NCBI GenBank assembly: GCA_022605425.2
Contig: JAKIMF020000001.1
Span: forward strand, 62,001-126,000
Length of the DNA: 64,000 bases
Direction of reading: 5' to 3'
From: Hamiltosporidium tvaerminnensis FI-OER-3-3
Lineage: Eukaryota; Fungi; Microsporidia
The notes under the pieces were generated by a model. It worked only from the letters and a program-made list of their open reading frames with translations. It made no database searches and had not been told where the DNA came from. The position numbers and the translations under genes are program-made. This document shows positions 1 to 11,956 of this stretch, one piece after another (position 1 is the first letter of the stretch; every line of letters starts with the position of its first letter).

Positions 1-1559
1 ATTTCTTGAAATGTTTGAATTGAACGTAAATTCAGACAAAAAAGAATATTTTAATAATGAACACATGAATTAATAATTCCGAAACTGTTGGAATATAACC
101 TTCTATTATTAAGAAAATTTCATTTATTTCTTTAATAGAAATATAAGCCAAACATTATTCTTCTAGCTATTGAATTATAAGAATTTTGTTACTGCTAGAA
201 ATTTAATTCAAGCCTGTTTATATAGAGGCTTTAGAGTTGATTTAATATTGTAAAGTATAAAACCATCAAGTCTATCACTTCATGTTGCTAATATGACTGA
301 TGTAAACCAAATATTATGACACACAAATAGATTACATCATTAGGCTTCAAAACTCACAAAAATAACAAATTTATCATGATGTGCTAACTTCGACTATAAA
401 TTGAAAAATCTATACAGTACTTTTTAAGTTTACTACAATCATACTTTTAAATATTCATCCAAAGAAAATATCTTTTTGATTCTTGATATCTGCATAACTA
501 ACCATCTTTATTCTTTACACTCGATAATCGTAGGATTTTGACTTTAGGAAATTAAAAATGGGCGATTTCAAATACCATTCAAAGAAACTCTATTAAAGAG
601 AATTTAATAAAACCAATCTATACATTATGTAGAAACTAGGCAAAATAATAACACATTGTCTGTATCACCACTACTCCTTTCTTATAAAGTGTTTTGAATC
701 GGAAATTTATTGATACCAGGCTCTAGATCGTGCAGTTTTTTTGATAATTGATTTGGAAGTGAAACATGTAAATTTTTAGACGATTTTATGAAATAAAAAA
801 CCCCGAAACAGATCTCACTTAATAGATATTACTAAATTATAAGGAATGTATATCATAAATTTATTCTATATAACGTATCTTTACGGCGTCTTCATGAATT
901 TAATATAATATCTTTCTTATCGAAGATTATTTTTATACTTATAAAGCGGGCCACAATTATATTTTTTATGTTTGATGTATTTCAACGAATAGAACAAGCC
1001 AAGAATATTTTAAATCAGATTTCGGGCATTAAAACTAAAAAATAAAGGTAGAAAATTTGCTTAGCCACCTTCTAAAAAATTTCAAGAAAAATACATTTAT
1101 CGAGATTTAGAATCTAACTGCATAATGTTGAGCGTTTAATCTGTTAAATCACAAACGGAGAACTAGAAAAAAAACGGGAGTAATTAAGTGATTTAAAGTC
1201 CACTCTTAGATTTTTCAACATGTATTTCTGTTTTTAAAACAAATTCAGATTTATATTTTTGTATTGGACGACAAAACATCTTAATTAAACCCATGAATTC
1301 TTGCTATAGTTTTATGTTCATTTGCTAAATTCAGAGATATTTTTATCAAAGTTATTCCATTCAATCGAATATCTAAGTTATATAAATATGATTGAATGTG
1401 AGTTGAGGAGCTGAGGCACCCTTATGGTACTAAATTCGCATTAAAAACAAAAATTTAAAAAAATTACCCGTAAATTTATATTTATAACTTTACCTTTCCA
1501 ATTTACTAACATATTCTGACACTCAACAATAAAGTAAATTAAAATATAATGATAATTTT

Positions 1560-2420
1560 AGAAATGAATATTTTAAACGACTTTAGGAAGAGCTAAATAA
1601 TCTTAGCATCACTTCTAATAATTCATTGTACATTTTCAAACATCAAATATTAAAGATAACGCAATTTTTTCTTCGGTTTGCCATCGATTTGGAGTAAAGT
1701 TTTGAGTGAGATCAATTTCTCTCAATCGTGTTGGTATGAACACCCGAGATTCGAGCAATAAATACGCGACAGTAATTTTCTATTTCATCAAATCATTTTT
1801 ACAAATCTCCATAACGTTTCCAACAGTCTGTATAGATTATACTACTTGGCTTCACAAGTTATATTATAATGCGGGTAATTGTTTCTTTAGTTCCATAAAA
1901 AATAGGTATCAACATTATTTTACAAGCCGATGTTCATTCAACACACCCCAGGCTTATCTTACTTTTGCTTACCAAATTTGGATTCGTCAATTTCTAAAAT
2001 AAGTTCATATTCTAAAATATATTCCTTGGTTGCAATGAAATTACTTTTGGCTTTATCATTCATTTTTTTAACTAACGCCTCTAATAACTTTTTAGAATAT
2101 AACGATCGGAAGATATTGTTCTCATTTGTGTGTAATTAAGTAAATCACAAACTTTTTATAAAAATTTTTAAGACTTTTTTATAGTCCGAGCAAGGTACTT
2201 TTAAACTCAAAACTTTCTTTTTACATGTAGACCATGTACAAATTAAAATGAATAATGATTTTGACACCAACCTTGTTAAAGAAATACAGGTACTGAATTT
2301 TGGTTCTACAAGAGTTAATATATGGCAGTTAAGCCAATCATTAAATTTATTGAAACCAAAACTTATTTAAAAGGGAAATTTTTTTAAATTTTTGTTTTTA
2401 AACGGAATTTACTACCATAA
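1560..2420 (-). mobile_element. Decayed Merlin/ISXO2-like (IS1595-related) DDE transposase relic
   Basis: Hand translation of the minus strand gives ELILEIDESKFGKQK (~1996-1962), LVKPSSIIYTDCWKRYGDL (~1858-1802) and SGVHTNTIERN* (~1747-1712), the three DDE blocks of ISXO2/Merlin transposases. A Cys-containing N-terminal piece (CTWSTCKK, ~2240) is present. Interrupted by stops and frameshifts; ends approximate. Confidence 0.8.
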
Positions 2421-2574
2421 AGATACCTTTCACCCGTGAGTTGATTCAAACACATCTAAATATGGTTTCATAATAAATATGATTTTTATATTCCACAACG
2501 AGTGTATGCGATTACAAAAATTCCTTGTTCATACTTCTGTGATATAATTAATCTGACAGATATTCCATGCCTTA

Positions 2575-2640
2575 TACTTATTTACTTATTTCAGGCTACT
2601 TGTGCCTCCCGGTGTTGAGTATCAGCTATTCCTTATAAAA
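2575..2640 (-). mobile_element. 3' fragment of the short SINE-like family
   Basis: tacttatttcaggctacttgtgcctcccggtgttgagtatcagc aligns by eye with tacttattccagttcacttgtatctcacggtgtcgaggatgaac at 52417-52460; AATAAGTAAATAAG tail on the minus strand. Confidence 0.4.
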
Positions 2641-2948
2641 CTTGTAAATATATTTCTTTACGAACCCGATTCAGAAAGTCTAATTTCACGGTTTAAAACA
2701 CCAAATCTGAAATTTATCTAGATTATTAAAAGTTTCATTGAAATTTTTATTGCACTGACCAAACTTTAAAACTTCGGCAAATAAATGTTTAGAAATATTA
2801 ACTTTTGAAAAAATCATCTTTGGTTATCCTTCACATTAGATAAATTGTTTTGTAATCTAATTTTTATAAAACATTCGAGCAATTTCAAACAGATTACATA
2901 TTAAGAGTTTCAATTATATTATTAAAAAATAATTGTATGATACAACAT

Positions 2949-3674
2949 AAGTGGAGGGAGGATAACCATAAAAAACTTTCTGCTTGGCAATGAGTGTGTG
3001 AAACTGGCGTGAAGATCATTGTTTGGATTTTTGGTGGAAATACAACCACACTATATCTTCGGTTGTTCCATGGGAGTTGTTATGAGGAGGTGAGGTCTAA
3101 GAAATGGAGAAACTTTTTCTACGAATTTATTTGTAGTTTTTTATGTAACCAGATTGCAGACCGCAGATGAACATGTAGGTAATTGCCATGTAAAAGCATG
3201 GAAACCTAGCCTTTCTCACTCGGGTTAGAAGACTTAGCGCCTGGGAGATATAAAAATAAAAACCATTTAAAGTCAGGAAAGCTAAGTAGCAGGTTATACC
3301 TATATGTCTGACATTGCACTGTCTAAGTGAATCTCATGTAAGTCTCTGAAATATATCTTAGCTAGAAGTTTATTGGGTTCAGAAAGTGTAGAGTAAGTGG
3401 GAATGCTGTATAGTCTTGGGGGAGCCCAGGGGGCTTCGGCCTTCGATCACACTCCATGCAACGGACATTAACGAACTCCGGGCAACTGCCTCGCCTATTA
3501 TTTAGGTTCTACATACCTGGTAGATGAAAGGCTTTGGGACGTAGGTATCGCAGGGATTACCGATGGAGTGTTGGGGTAGCAGTCATTTATGTTAAACCTA
3601 GAACTGCGTTAATGTCATGAAAACAAATATAACACTTGCCACTGTTTTAAAAAAGATGTGATACTTTTAAATAA
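2949..3674 (+). mobile_element. ~725-bp SINE-like non-coding retroposon, long family, copy A
   Basis: Starts AAGTGGAGGGAGGATAACC and ends AAAAGATGTGATACTTTTAAATAA; five other copies in the window; flanked by the direct repeat ATGATACAACAT (2937-2948 and 3675-3686). Confidence 0.88.
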
Positions 3675-4038
3675 ATGATACAACATCGACTATTAATTTT
3701 TTTTACAATATATATTCATATTTAGAATTTTAATCATGATATTTATCACATCAAACAAATTAAGCCAGTTCGTTAGATTTTGTCGATTATCCTTTATATT
3801 TTAGAACCACAAATTTAGTCGATTCTTTTATTAAATATTTTGATTTCAATTTGGCTAGAAAAAAAAATTATACTTTATTTCAATGATAAGCCTAGGTTAT
3901 TTTTTTAAAAGTCATTTTTAAATGTAGTAATAAGAGCTTTCTTTAACATAAATATGTTCTTATACTTCAAAAACAAAAATAAGTTATTCAAAGGATAAAT
4001 TTGGATTATTTTCGCATTAAGATTTTCTATAATAGGGC

Positions 4039-4179
4039 TTAGCCTGTTTGTCTATTATTATTAATTATAAATCTTTGAATCTTCTTGGTCTGACTATTTT
4101 TTTGAATGAGGTTTAGCATGTTTGTCTATTATTATTAATTATAAATCTTTGATTTATCTTGGTCTGACTATTTTTTGAA
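4039..4179. repeat. Tandem duplication, ~74-bp period, two copies
   Basis: ttagc(c/a)tgtttgtctattattattaattataaatctttga...cttggtctgactatttttt begins at 4039 and again at 4113. Confidence 0.85.
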
Positions 4180-5156
4180 CGTATTCCATATGAATTTTAT
4201 ATTTTTAATAGATTGACCTATCTGTTTAATATATAATGTAAAGCCTGTTCCTAAACTTTTGTTTTTTAACCGCAGTTTTTATTCGTGACTAAAGAAAAAT
4301 GAAAAATTTTTCTACCAAAAAAGAACTTAAATTTATTAGCTATATAAGTTAAGCGATGATAATTTAAGTCGGATTAGAATTTGAAGATTGATTTCTAATA
4401 AAATATTCCATTTAATTATGAACTATTTCTTCGAATTATAACTTTAAATTCATTTTAGAGTCTATTTTTCGTTTAAACCAATTTTCAGAGTTTTTGACTA
4501 AATTTTTTCAAACTCAAAATAATATTTGAATACATATTTTGCGAAAATGAAATTCCTGCGATTATTTTAGTCTTGATATAAATTTTGCTGATCTTACTCA
4601 GTTTTTTAAAAAAATTATGCTAATCTACTTAGAATATTATACGAACGGATGTTTTTTTATTATAAATATCTTTTTTTAAATTAAATGAAATATTTGAAAA
4701 TTATGTTTTCAAAACGTGATATGGTAATAACTATCAACACTGTTTAAGAATTATAAATTGATGAAAGTATTTTTTTAGAGGTTTCTCTATTTCTTTCACC
4801 GAAATTTTTAGCCAGCAAATATATCAAATTAAGTCTTTTATTTTCAATTGGAAGGTTTAGATAATTTCGAGTAAATTTAAAAAATTCTGATCATACAAAC
4901 CAAACTATTTATTTTATTACTTGAATTTACATTTTCGAAAAGATAATTAAATCATTAAAAAATTATTGTAATTTATCGCAATCTATCGAACGCGAAATAT
5001 TAAATAAATTTCTTAATTTAAAAAAGTTCTATAAACTTTTGGGTATTTTTGCGGATAAATATGTTTTATGCTGTATAATCATTATATAATTTTTAATTGT
5101 TTTATCGTTAATTAAAAATAGATTTTATATATATAAGAAATGATTTTACGGCCTGA

Positions 5157-7544
5157 ATGATCATAAATTTCGATTTTAAGAACATAGAGAAGTCATTTTT
5201 GAAGAATATAGACAATTGGATATCAATTTTAGTAATTTACCTTTTATTATCGGTAAATTCAACCACGGTAAGCTTCTTTGTTATAAATGAAGAAAATTGC
5301 ATTTCAAATTTACTTGTAAGCGATTTGACACTAGAAATGATATTTTTTTCAAATAAATCGGTTGAGTGGATAACTAATGAAGGAAAAATAACAATTTTTA
5401 AAAATAATATTGTACGGTATGAGTCTACAAATACAGAAACAAAATATTACAATCCCAGTATTTTGGCGATACCTTACAAAAATAATATGTTACTCAATTC
5501 CAAATACATAAAAAATAAATTTGAATTAGAAAAAGCAAATATTAGAATATTTTTCAAAGATGTTTCTTATTCTTCTTTGCTTCTTTTTCTTAAGTTGGTG
5601 AATGAACCGGATTATATCGTTAATCAAATAAAAATAGAAGCATTTATGGATATATTAATAATTCTTTCTATACTGGATATTGATAGCTCTAAAGAAAGAA
5701 ATATATTCTTAAAATATATATTTTTAAATGTAATATATGGAATGCAAAATATAAATTCAATTTCCACAATTGAACAATATTGTGCTAATTTTAACGGTAA
5801 TATCGTAAAAAAGTCCGTCTGTATAGATTTATTTGTCTTACTTATTGGTATTATTACATTCAATGATAAAACAGCGCAACAATTTATTGTTTTCTCAGAA
5901 AAAACTAATCTAGCATTCAAGTATGTAGATCTATATTCTGACACTTACAGCATCATAAAAAAAAATGAGAATGATAAACTTTTTCTTAGACTAGATGATT
6001 TCAGCATTGATAAATTATGCAAAATAGCTAGGATAGATTATTTGCTGAAATCATATGGACTCTTATTTAAGATTACCAAACTAGATCTTCTTTATATAAT
6101 TTTTCAAAAAGAAGATACTTACACAAAAGCCTTTGCACTTCTTTCTGATATAAATTTTAAAACAGAAAAACTTTATGTTCATTCCATTAGGAATACAATG
6201 AAGCTATTTTTTTGGAAAAATTTTAATCAACTTACAAATGAATTGAAAGTATTAAAACTGAGATCTAGTTTTAAAGCGGAAGAATTGATAAAAATGTTAG
6301 ATCAGTGTGTTAAAATAAAGAAAATTACATTGTATACCAATATAATGAATGTTGAAATATTAAGTATTATGATAAATTTTTCTTCGAAAAATCCAAGCGT
6401 CTCTTTCAAAGTTTTTTGTTTAATTTTTGGATTTTTAGATATGAATTTTAGCATTTTTGAAAGTATTACGGATAACATTTGTGTCTATATTCATATTATC
6501 AAATTAGGATCCGAAATAATAAAAATTCCTACTGAATTACTTCCATTCTTACATAAATACAAGCTTGAATACGAATATTCTGAAAATTTTAAACCATTTA
6601 TGTGTATCGTGCTTTTAGAATGTTCTAGATTTAAATACTTTGATTTCGATTATAGCAAACATTCATCACCTTTCAAACTTGAAGATTCATTTTTCACACC
6701 TCTAAGATATTTAGACACCATGAAATATTTTTCATTAGAAAATATTATTATAAATGATGAATTGCTTATGTTTGTTCTCGAATCAGCTACAATTAAAACC
6801 TTAGAAATTACTAACTTTGTTTGTAATTATGATTTCAAACACTTCTTAAAAAACAAAACACTGAATCACAATTTAAGATCAATCAGTCTGACCCACTCAT
6901 TATCCAAAGTTGATTCAAATCTTATTTTATGTTTTGAAAGATTTTATGGCATTTCTCATTTAAAATTACAAAATATAGATTGGATTTCTTCGAAAACTAA
7001 AAGTTTTCACGAATATATATTTAGACTTGTATCATATAAAGATAATAAAATATATCTGAAATGTTTAGAAATTGATGAAGCATTGAACAACAATAAAATG
7101 TTCAATAATTTGCTTTTTCTATCCGAAACATATGGTTATACAAATATTAAAAAGATCGAATATCGAGTATATGAGATCTCAGAAATTGAATATTCCTTTT
7201 TTAATCAAATGACTAAATTAGAGAATATTTTTATTGAGGTTCGAAATACAACAGCTTCAATAAATTTTAAAAAGCTTTTTTGCAATATTGAATTGTTCAA
7301 TACTATAATATTAATATCTATACATGTCAATAGAATTTTTAAAGAAGACACAGGTATATTTAAAAAATTTAAATTCTTGGCTATTTTATACTTCGAATTC
7401 AAAATTCTTGATTTTGATACGATTTCAAATATCAAAAAAAGGGATTTTAAAAATATACAGATTCATATTAGTCCTAATCGGGCCGAAAGATCTGTTGAAA
7501 TAAACAATTATCTTGATTCGGAATTCAAAATAAATTTTTCGTGA
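5157..7544 (+). CDS. Lineage-specific hypothetical protein (795 aa), N-terminal hydrophobic segment, LRR-like C-terminal half
   Basis: Long ORF in AT-rich DNA; hydrophobic ILVIYLLLSV; repeated LxxLxL-type motifs (LKVLKL, IKTLEI, LRSISL, ISHLKL, LKCLEI); AATAAA just after the stop. Confidence 0.8.
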   Translation: MIINFDFKNIEKSFLKNIDNWISILVIYLLLSVNSTTVSFFVINEENCISNLLVSDLTLEMIFFSNKSVEWITNEGKITIFKNNIVRYESTNTETKYYNPSILAIPYKNNMLLNSKYIKNKFELEKANIRIFFKDVSYSSLLLFLKLVNEPDYIVNQIKIEAFMDILIILSILDIDSSKERNIFLKYIFLNVIYGMQNINSISTIEQYCANFNGNIVKKSVCIDLFVLLIGIITFNDKTAQQFIVFSEKTNLAFKYVDLYSDTYSIIKKNENDKLFLRLDDFSIDKLCKIARIDYLLKSYGLLFKITKLDLLYIIFQKEDTYTKAFALLSDINFKTEKLYVHSIRNTMKLFFWKNFNQLTNELKVLKLRSSFKAEELIKMLDQCVKIKKITLYTNIMNVEILSIMINFSSKNPSVSFKVFCLIFGFLDMNFSIFESITDNICVYIHIIKLGSEIIKIPTELLPFLHKYKLEYEYSENFKPFMCIVLLECSRFKYFDFDYSKHSSPFKLEDSFFTPLRYLDTMKYFSLENIIINDELLMFVLESATIKTLEITNFVCNYDFKHFLKNKTLNHNLRSISLTHSLSKVDSNLILCFERFYGISHLKLQNIDWISSKTKSFHEYIFRLVSYKDNKIYLKCLEIDEALNNNKMFNNLLFLSETYGYTNIKKIEYRVYEISEIEYSFFNQMTKLENIFIEVRNTTASINFKKLFCNIELFNTIILISIHVNRIFKEDTGIFKKFKFLAILYFEFKILDFDTISNIKKRDFKNIQIHISPNRAERSVEINNYLDSEFKINFS

Positions 7545-9770
7545 TTGTAGTAACTTTTTTTTGAAATAAATTTTTATCAAGACCTATAAATTTTGCTTAT
7601 ATTCTCGTTCTAATAAAGAGATATTTTTAATAGTATAATGACTATATAAAAATTCAAAATCTTTTATACAAAAAATTATCTAGAAAATACTTTATAAATT
7701 TTTGAATTGTATTATATTTCTTGTTACGGTATACAGCCTCATATCTTATTAGATGTATTATGTTCTTAAATGTGCTTCATGTATCTCTTCCACTTATATT
7801 TATATCAATGGTTTTTATTTTCGCTTTATATACCACAATCTTGATATTCTGGTTCTGTTATATCTGCAACTTCATTTGTATAAATCTTTCCCCAATTTAA
7901 AAGATAAATTTTATATTTTCTTCGAAATACATTCTCTACAATAATTAATTGAATAATTTTGGACCTGAATACTTGCCAATTAACCATAGTGAATCCGATC
8001 AGAACTATTGAAAGGTACCGCAGTATATTCAAATATAAAAATTTATCAAAAAAAGTTTAAAATGCTTACAAATATTTGGCTTCTCAATTTTTAACATCGC
8101 TCTCCAATAAATTCAAATATCAAGCAGATTTGTTGTAAAAACATAATTGTTTTAAATCTAGGCTACATTGCGTTCCAAGGATAACAAAAAAAACCATTTA
8201 AAAAATCTATAATATGATTGAATTCATAAATGATGTTTTATGTAAGCCTGATAAAATAAAATTGCGAGCTTAATTCTATGCAGAGACTCCTTTCTGAAGC
8301 ACTAAACGGCTTAACACCATAAAATATCGATACTATAACCGAAATCTAGAATGGTTTCTAGCAGCTCCTATTAATTTATTAGATGTTATCTTTATAAGAC
8401 TCAGTCATGTCATTTCCTTTCTAAATCGATTTCCTTCTTCATATTTTTTTATTATAATATGCTTTTATACCGATGTAATCTCTCTAAATATCAAAATTTA
8501 TTCTAGTCATATAGTGATATCTGGTGTAGATACACATTTACATAGTTTTACTTATAAAATCAAGTCAAGATATATTTACAAAAGAAATTCAGATCATATA
8601 TTTGTAAAATAGACATAGTTTAAATAGAATATATCATATAAAAAAAAATTCATATATCAAAAATTAATATTTGATCATATATTAAGTAAATAAAACAAAT
8701 AACCTAGTCTTATACTATTCAAGAAGTTATTTGTAGATATATACAAATTTGTATGAAAACAATATAATAAGATTACACTGTTTAGAAAAATGAGATTTAA
8801 TTGCCCATAATTATCTCCCATAAAAGATTCATTGGCTGATATAGTAGTCTAATGATATAAAAAATATAAAAATGTCATTTGAAATATAAACTACTGATAG
8901 TAACATATACATTGTATTATAAAGAAGATAGTACCACTATTCCCAGGCTCAATATAATCCTAAGATTACCACGATGAATAAGAGTATGTACTGATATGCA
9001 TATTTATTCATTAAAAATTCATCAAACAAATAAATATCAAAGTATGAGACAATATTTTTTTTTCTATTTCGCCTTAAGTAATAATTAGATAAATTTCTGC
9101 CACAAATTCTACCTGTTGCTCGAGTTCATAGGCTGAACTCATTCTAAAGACATAGAAGTAGAAATAAAGTATTATATATGGTTATAGGCATTCTAATAAA
9201 CAAATTTAATCTATTTAATTGTATTACAAAGAGTATATTTATATAGATTGTCTAACCAATATCCTAAAATTTGTTCCCCAATGAAATAATTTTTTTTTCA
9301 TTAAAAATAAATTTAACCCCTGCACTGATTTCTAACTTCTTCTTTAAGAAACATTTATTGTTATAATACGAAGATATTAAAATCTAGCACAATTACTTTG
9401 TAGTGGTACATGAAATAAAAATGTGTCATATAAAGTACAAAGATGAATGACAATGCATAATTTCATTAAACATAAATACCAAGAAGAAAGTAATAATCAA
9501 CCACCCTTCAAAATTATTGACTTCAAAGTTCAGGATAAATTTAAAATTGAAAGCTTTATATAAAAAATATAAAAGAGAAATCAGAAATAGGGATATTACC
9601 AGAAAAAAAATGAAAATACTAAACTCAGTAGCTATATGACATATTAACTTGAACTAATTAAATTTTAATATTTACTTCCATGTATAAATATATTTAAAAG
9701 CAGGGCATTCGCACACAAGGGATTCGTAAAGTAATTACTTCATGATTATATCCGAAGGAATACGGATGAG

Positions 9771-10005
9771 ATTCATCCATTCATTCATCCTCGGCACTAC
9801 AGCCCTGCGAAAGCCTTAGGCTCCTTCAGTAATAGCGACCACCGGTCTTTTTCCAGTGGGTTTGTATACTTTTTCGGGTTTCGTAACAAGGTGGTTTTGA
9901 AAGGTGGGTTGTTAGTCCTAAGGCCAACCCCAACATGGAGGATTGATCCCTTTTAGTCGCGTCTTACGACAAGCAGAGAATACACCAAGCCAATTATGTT
10001 CTCGA
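9771..10005 (-). mobile_element. Short non-autonomous element with an RTE-type 3' tail
   Basis: GC-richer island. The minus strand ends GGAGCCTAAGGCTTTCGCAGGGCTGTAGTGCCGAGGATGAATGAATGGATGAAT (hairpin plus ATGA-type microsatellite tail). The plus strand has GGGTTGTTAGTCCTAAGGCCAACCCCAACATGGAGGA and TTAGTCGCGTCTTACGACAAGCA. The similarity to arthropod RTE-associated repeats is recalled, not searched. Confidence 0.5.
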
Positions 10006-10069
10006 CATAGTGAGTAAAATGGGGAGATTAAAGACATTTATTCCTTTTAAATCAATACATAACCAACTT

Positions 10070-10760
10070 TAGGGTTAGAAGTCACATAGTTCAAGAAATG
10101 ATTTAAAACGAGTATGTGGAGATATGAGCGGAGACCAAATATAAACAGATTTCAAAAGTCGAAATAAAAAATTAAATATATTTATTTTAGACTTAAGCCT
10201 AAATAGTACAACCAATTAAAATAGTAATTACTTCCCAAGATTTACTTCAAATCATTGAAACAGAGAAACCTAAGAAGTATGACATATTAGCAAATGAGTT
10301 AGTTCTTATTTATAAAATTAATGTTGAGATAATTTTTTGTGTCATTAAAGTGACGGCTTTGTGACGAAATACCATAAGACGTATCTTAAAAGACCACAAA
10401 TATTCATAAATGTAGACACACACATACACTTTATATTACTCAAGAAGACAGTCGAAATAATTTCCTTTGATCGAAAAAGAAGATATTTTGTGGCAAAACC
10501 AAATGCCCAAGAAGTCCGAGAGAGCGTCTATGAGTGTCATTGAAGGTGACCAAATAGATAGACAATAAAAAAGCCCTTTAATGCAAGTAAAGAACGAGTA
10601 AATTGTGTTTATTATAAAAGAAAAAGTAAGATATTTCCTTATTTTATTATGAGCAATTTAACACACTACAAACTGCAAATAAATGTTAAAGAAGACTTGG
10701 ATTTAGAGGGAGAGAATTAACTGGTCAAAACGGCGAAAAATATAATTTGTGGATGAGAAT
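10070..10760 (+). pseudogene. Decayed 3' part of the R4-like retrotransposon
   Basis: Aligns to the endonuclease/C-terminal region of 13525-14200: acttcccaagatttacttcaaatcattgaaacagagaaacctaagaagtatgac (TSQD.LQI.ETEK..KYD), VTKYHKTYLKR, LKKTVEIISFDRKR. Many stops and indels. Confidence 0.88.
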
Positions 10761-10766
10761 TTTTTT

Positions 10767-10991
10767 GGCTGAAGAGAGCAAACCACATCAGAAACCATCT
10801 GCTTGGCAATGAGTGCTCATAATTGGCGTGAAATTCAATATTGCTATTTTCGTGAGATATAAACCACATTAGATCTATAAGCCAATCCCCTATAATCCCC
10901 GAGTTACAACAGATTAAAATAAACAAATGGTAAATTCCCAGTTGCTCATCTTCGATACGAAGAGGTAAAAGAGGAATTGCATTATTAATAA
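10767..10991 (+). mobile_element. ~220-bp short SINE-like family copy S1
   Basis: aaccacatc...ctgcttggcaatgagtg...ggcgtgaa...ataaaccaca head shared with the long family; 3' half (cctataatcc...ttacaac...aaacaaatgg...catcttcgatac...aggtaaaagaggaat) shared with the copies at 24098, 25408 and 52411. Confidence 0.75.
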
Positions 10992-11242
10992 GAGAATCTT
11001 TGAATAATCCAAGCTCAATTAAATTAAATCTTTCCACGACCAGACATCCCCACAAAAAGCAATTATAAATTATAAAAAGTATTTTTCTCGCAAAATCAAA
11101 TATTTCCCTATTTTTTGCATTCCACTGATCCTTACTTCTCTATTCATTCTTTCCATTATTTATTTAACAGTAATTCTTCCATTTTTAATTTTCCTTTCCT
11201 TTCATTCCTTAATTTTTATATTCAAATTAAAAAATACAACCC

Positions 11243-11956
11243 ATGAATCACGAACTCGACCATTCATTTACAGTCTTTTCAAGCGAAGGTAAACTAAAAC
11301 AGTGTGACCACGCACTACAAGCAGCACTCAACGGTTCATTATCGGCAGGTGCATCTGCATTCAATGGTTGTGTATTATCAAGCCTTAAAAACCTTCCACT
11401 TCTCGTACGAAGTGAACTGATATGGAAAGTCAACAGTATATGCCCGACAATTGGTATAACATATGCTGGTCTCCAACCAGATTACAGAATACTCTACGAT
11501 AAAGCTGTACGTATGGTAGAAGTGTATAAAGATGCATACGGTAGATACCCATATCTTGATGTATTTGTCCATAATTTTTGTCTTAAAATACAAGAATACA
11601 CACAAAAAGGAGGACTTCGTCCATTTGGTGTCATGATTCTCATCTGTGGACCAATTTTACAAAATGATACAATTAAACCTGCTTTGTACCAAATCGATAC
11701 CAGTGGTTCTTTTCAAATGCTTAAAGTAGGAAGTGTAGGTAAAGATTCAGACAATGCTCGTAAGTTTGTAGAAAGAAGATTAGAAAGTGTAGATGATAAT
11801 ATTTTTAACTGTGTTGGTGCCATAAGAGAATTTGCTGGTTTTAGTATTGGACCTACCAATGTAGACATCGGTGTTTATTTTTCAGATAAAAATGTTTTTA
11901 AAGTTTACAGTCGAGAAGAAGTAAATGAAGTGTTTGATTCTATTTTAGTAAAATAA
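11243..11956 (+). CDS. PSMA2: 20S proteasome subunit alpha type-2
   Basis: N-terminal SFTVFSSEGKLKQ..AL.A signature, YAGLQPDYR, EYTQKGGLRPFGV, PALYQIDTSGSF; CCC directly before the ATG. Confidence 0.9.
   Translation: MNHELDHSFTVFSSEGKLKQCDHALQAALNGSLSAGASAFNGCVLSSLKNLPLLVRSELIWKVNSICPTIGITYAGLQPDYRILYDKAVRMVEVYKDAYGRYPYLDVFVHNFCLKIQEYTQKGGLRPFGVMILICGPILQNDTIKPALYQIDTSGSFQMLKVGSVGKDSDNARKFVERRLESVDDNIFNCVGAIREFAGFSIGPTNVDIGVYFSDKNVFKVYSREEVNEVFDSILVK

Noticed and set aside
3215-3240. SINE as telomerase RNA (CTAACCC on the minus strand)
   Set aside because: The motif is not conserved across copies (altered in C, D and E), and a multicopy TSD-flanked distribution fits a retroposon.
3475-3545. 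HDV-ribozyme-like words GGGCAAC, CCTCGC and TGGGAC in the SINE
   Set aside because: Their order and pairing do not fit the HDV nested double pseudoknot; there is no hammerhead CTGATGA/GAAA core either.
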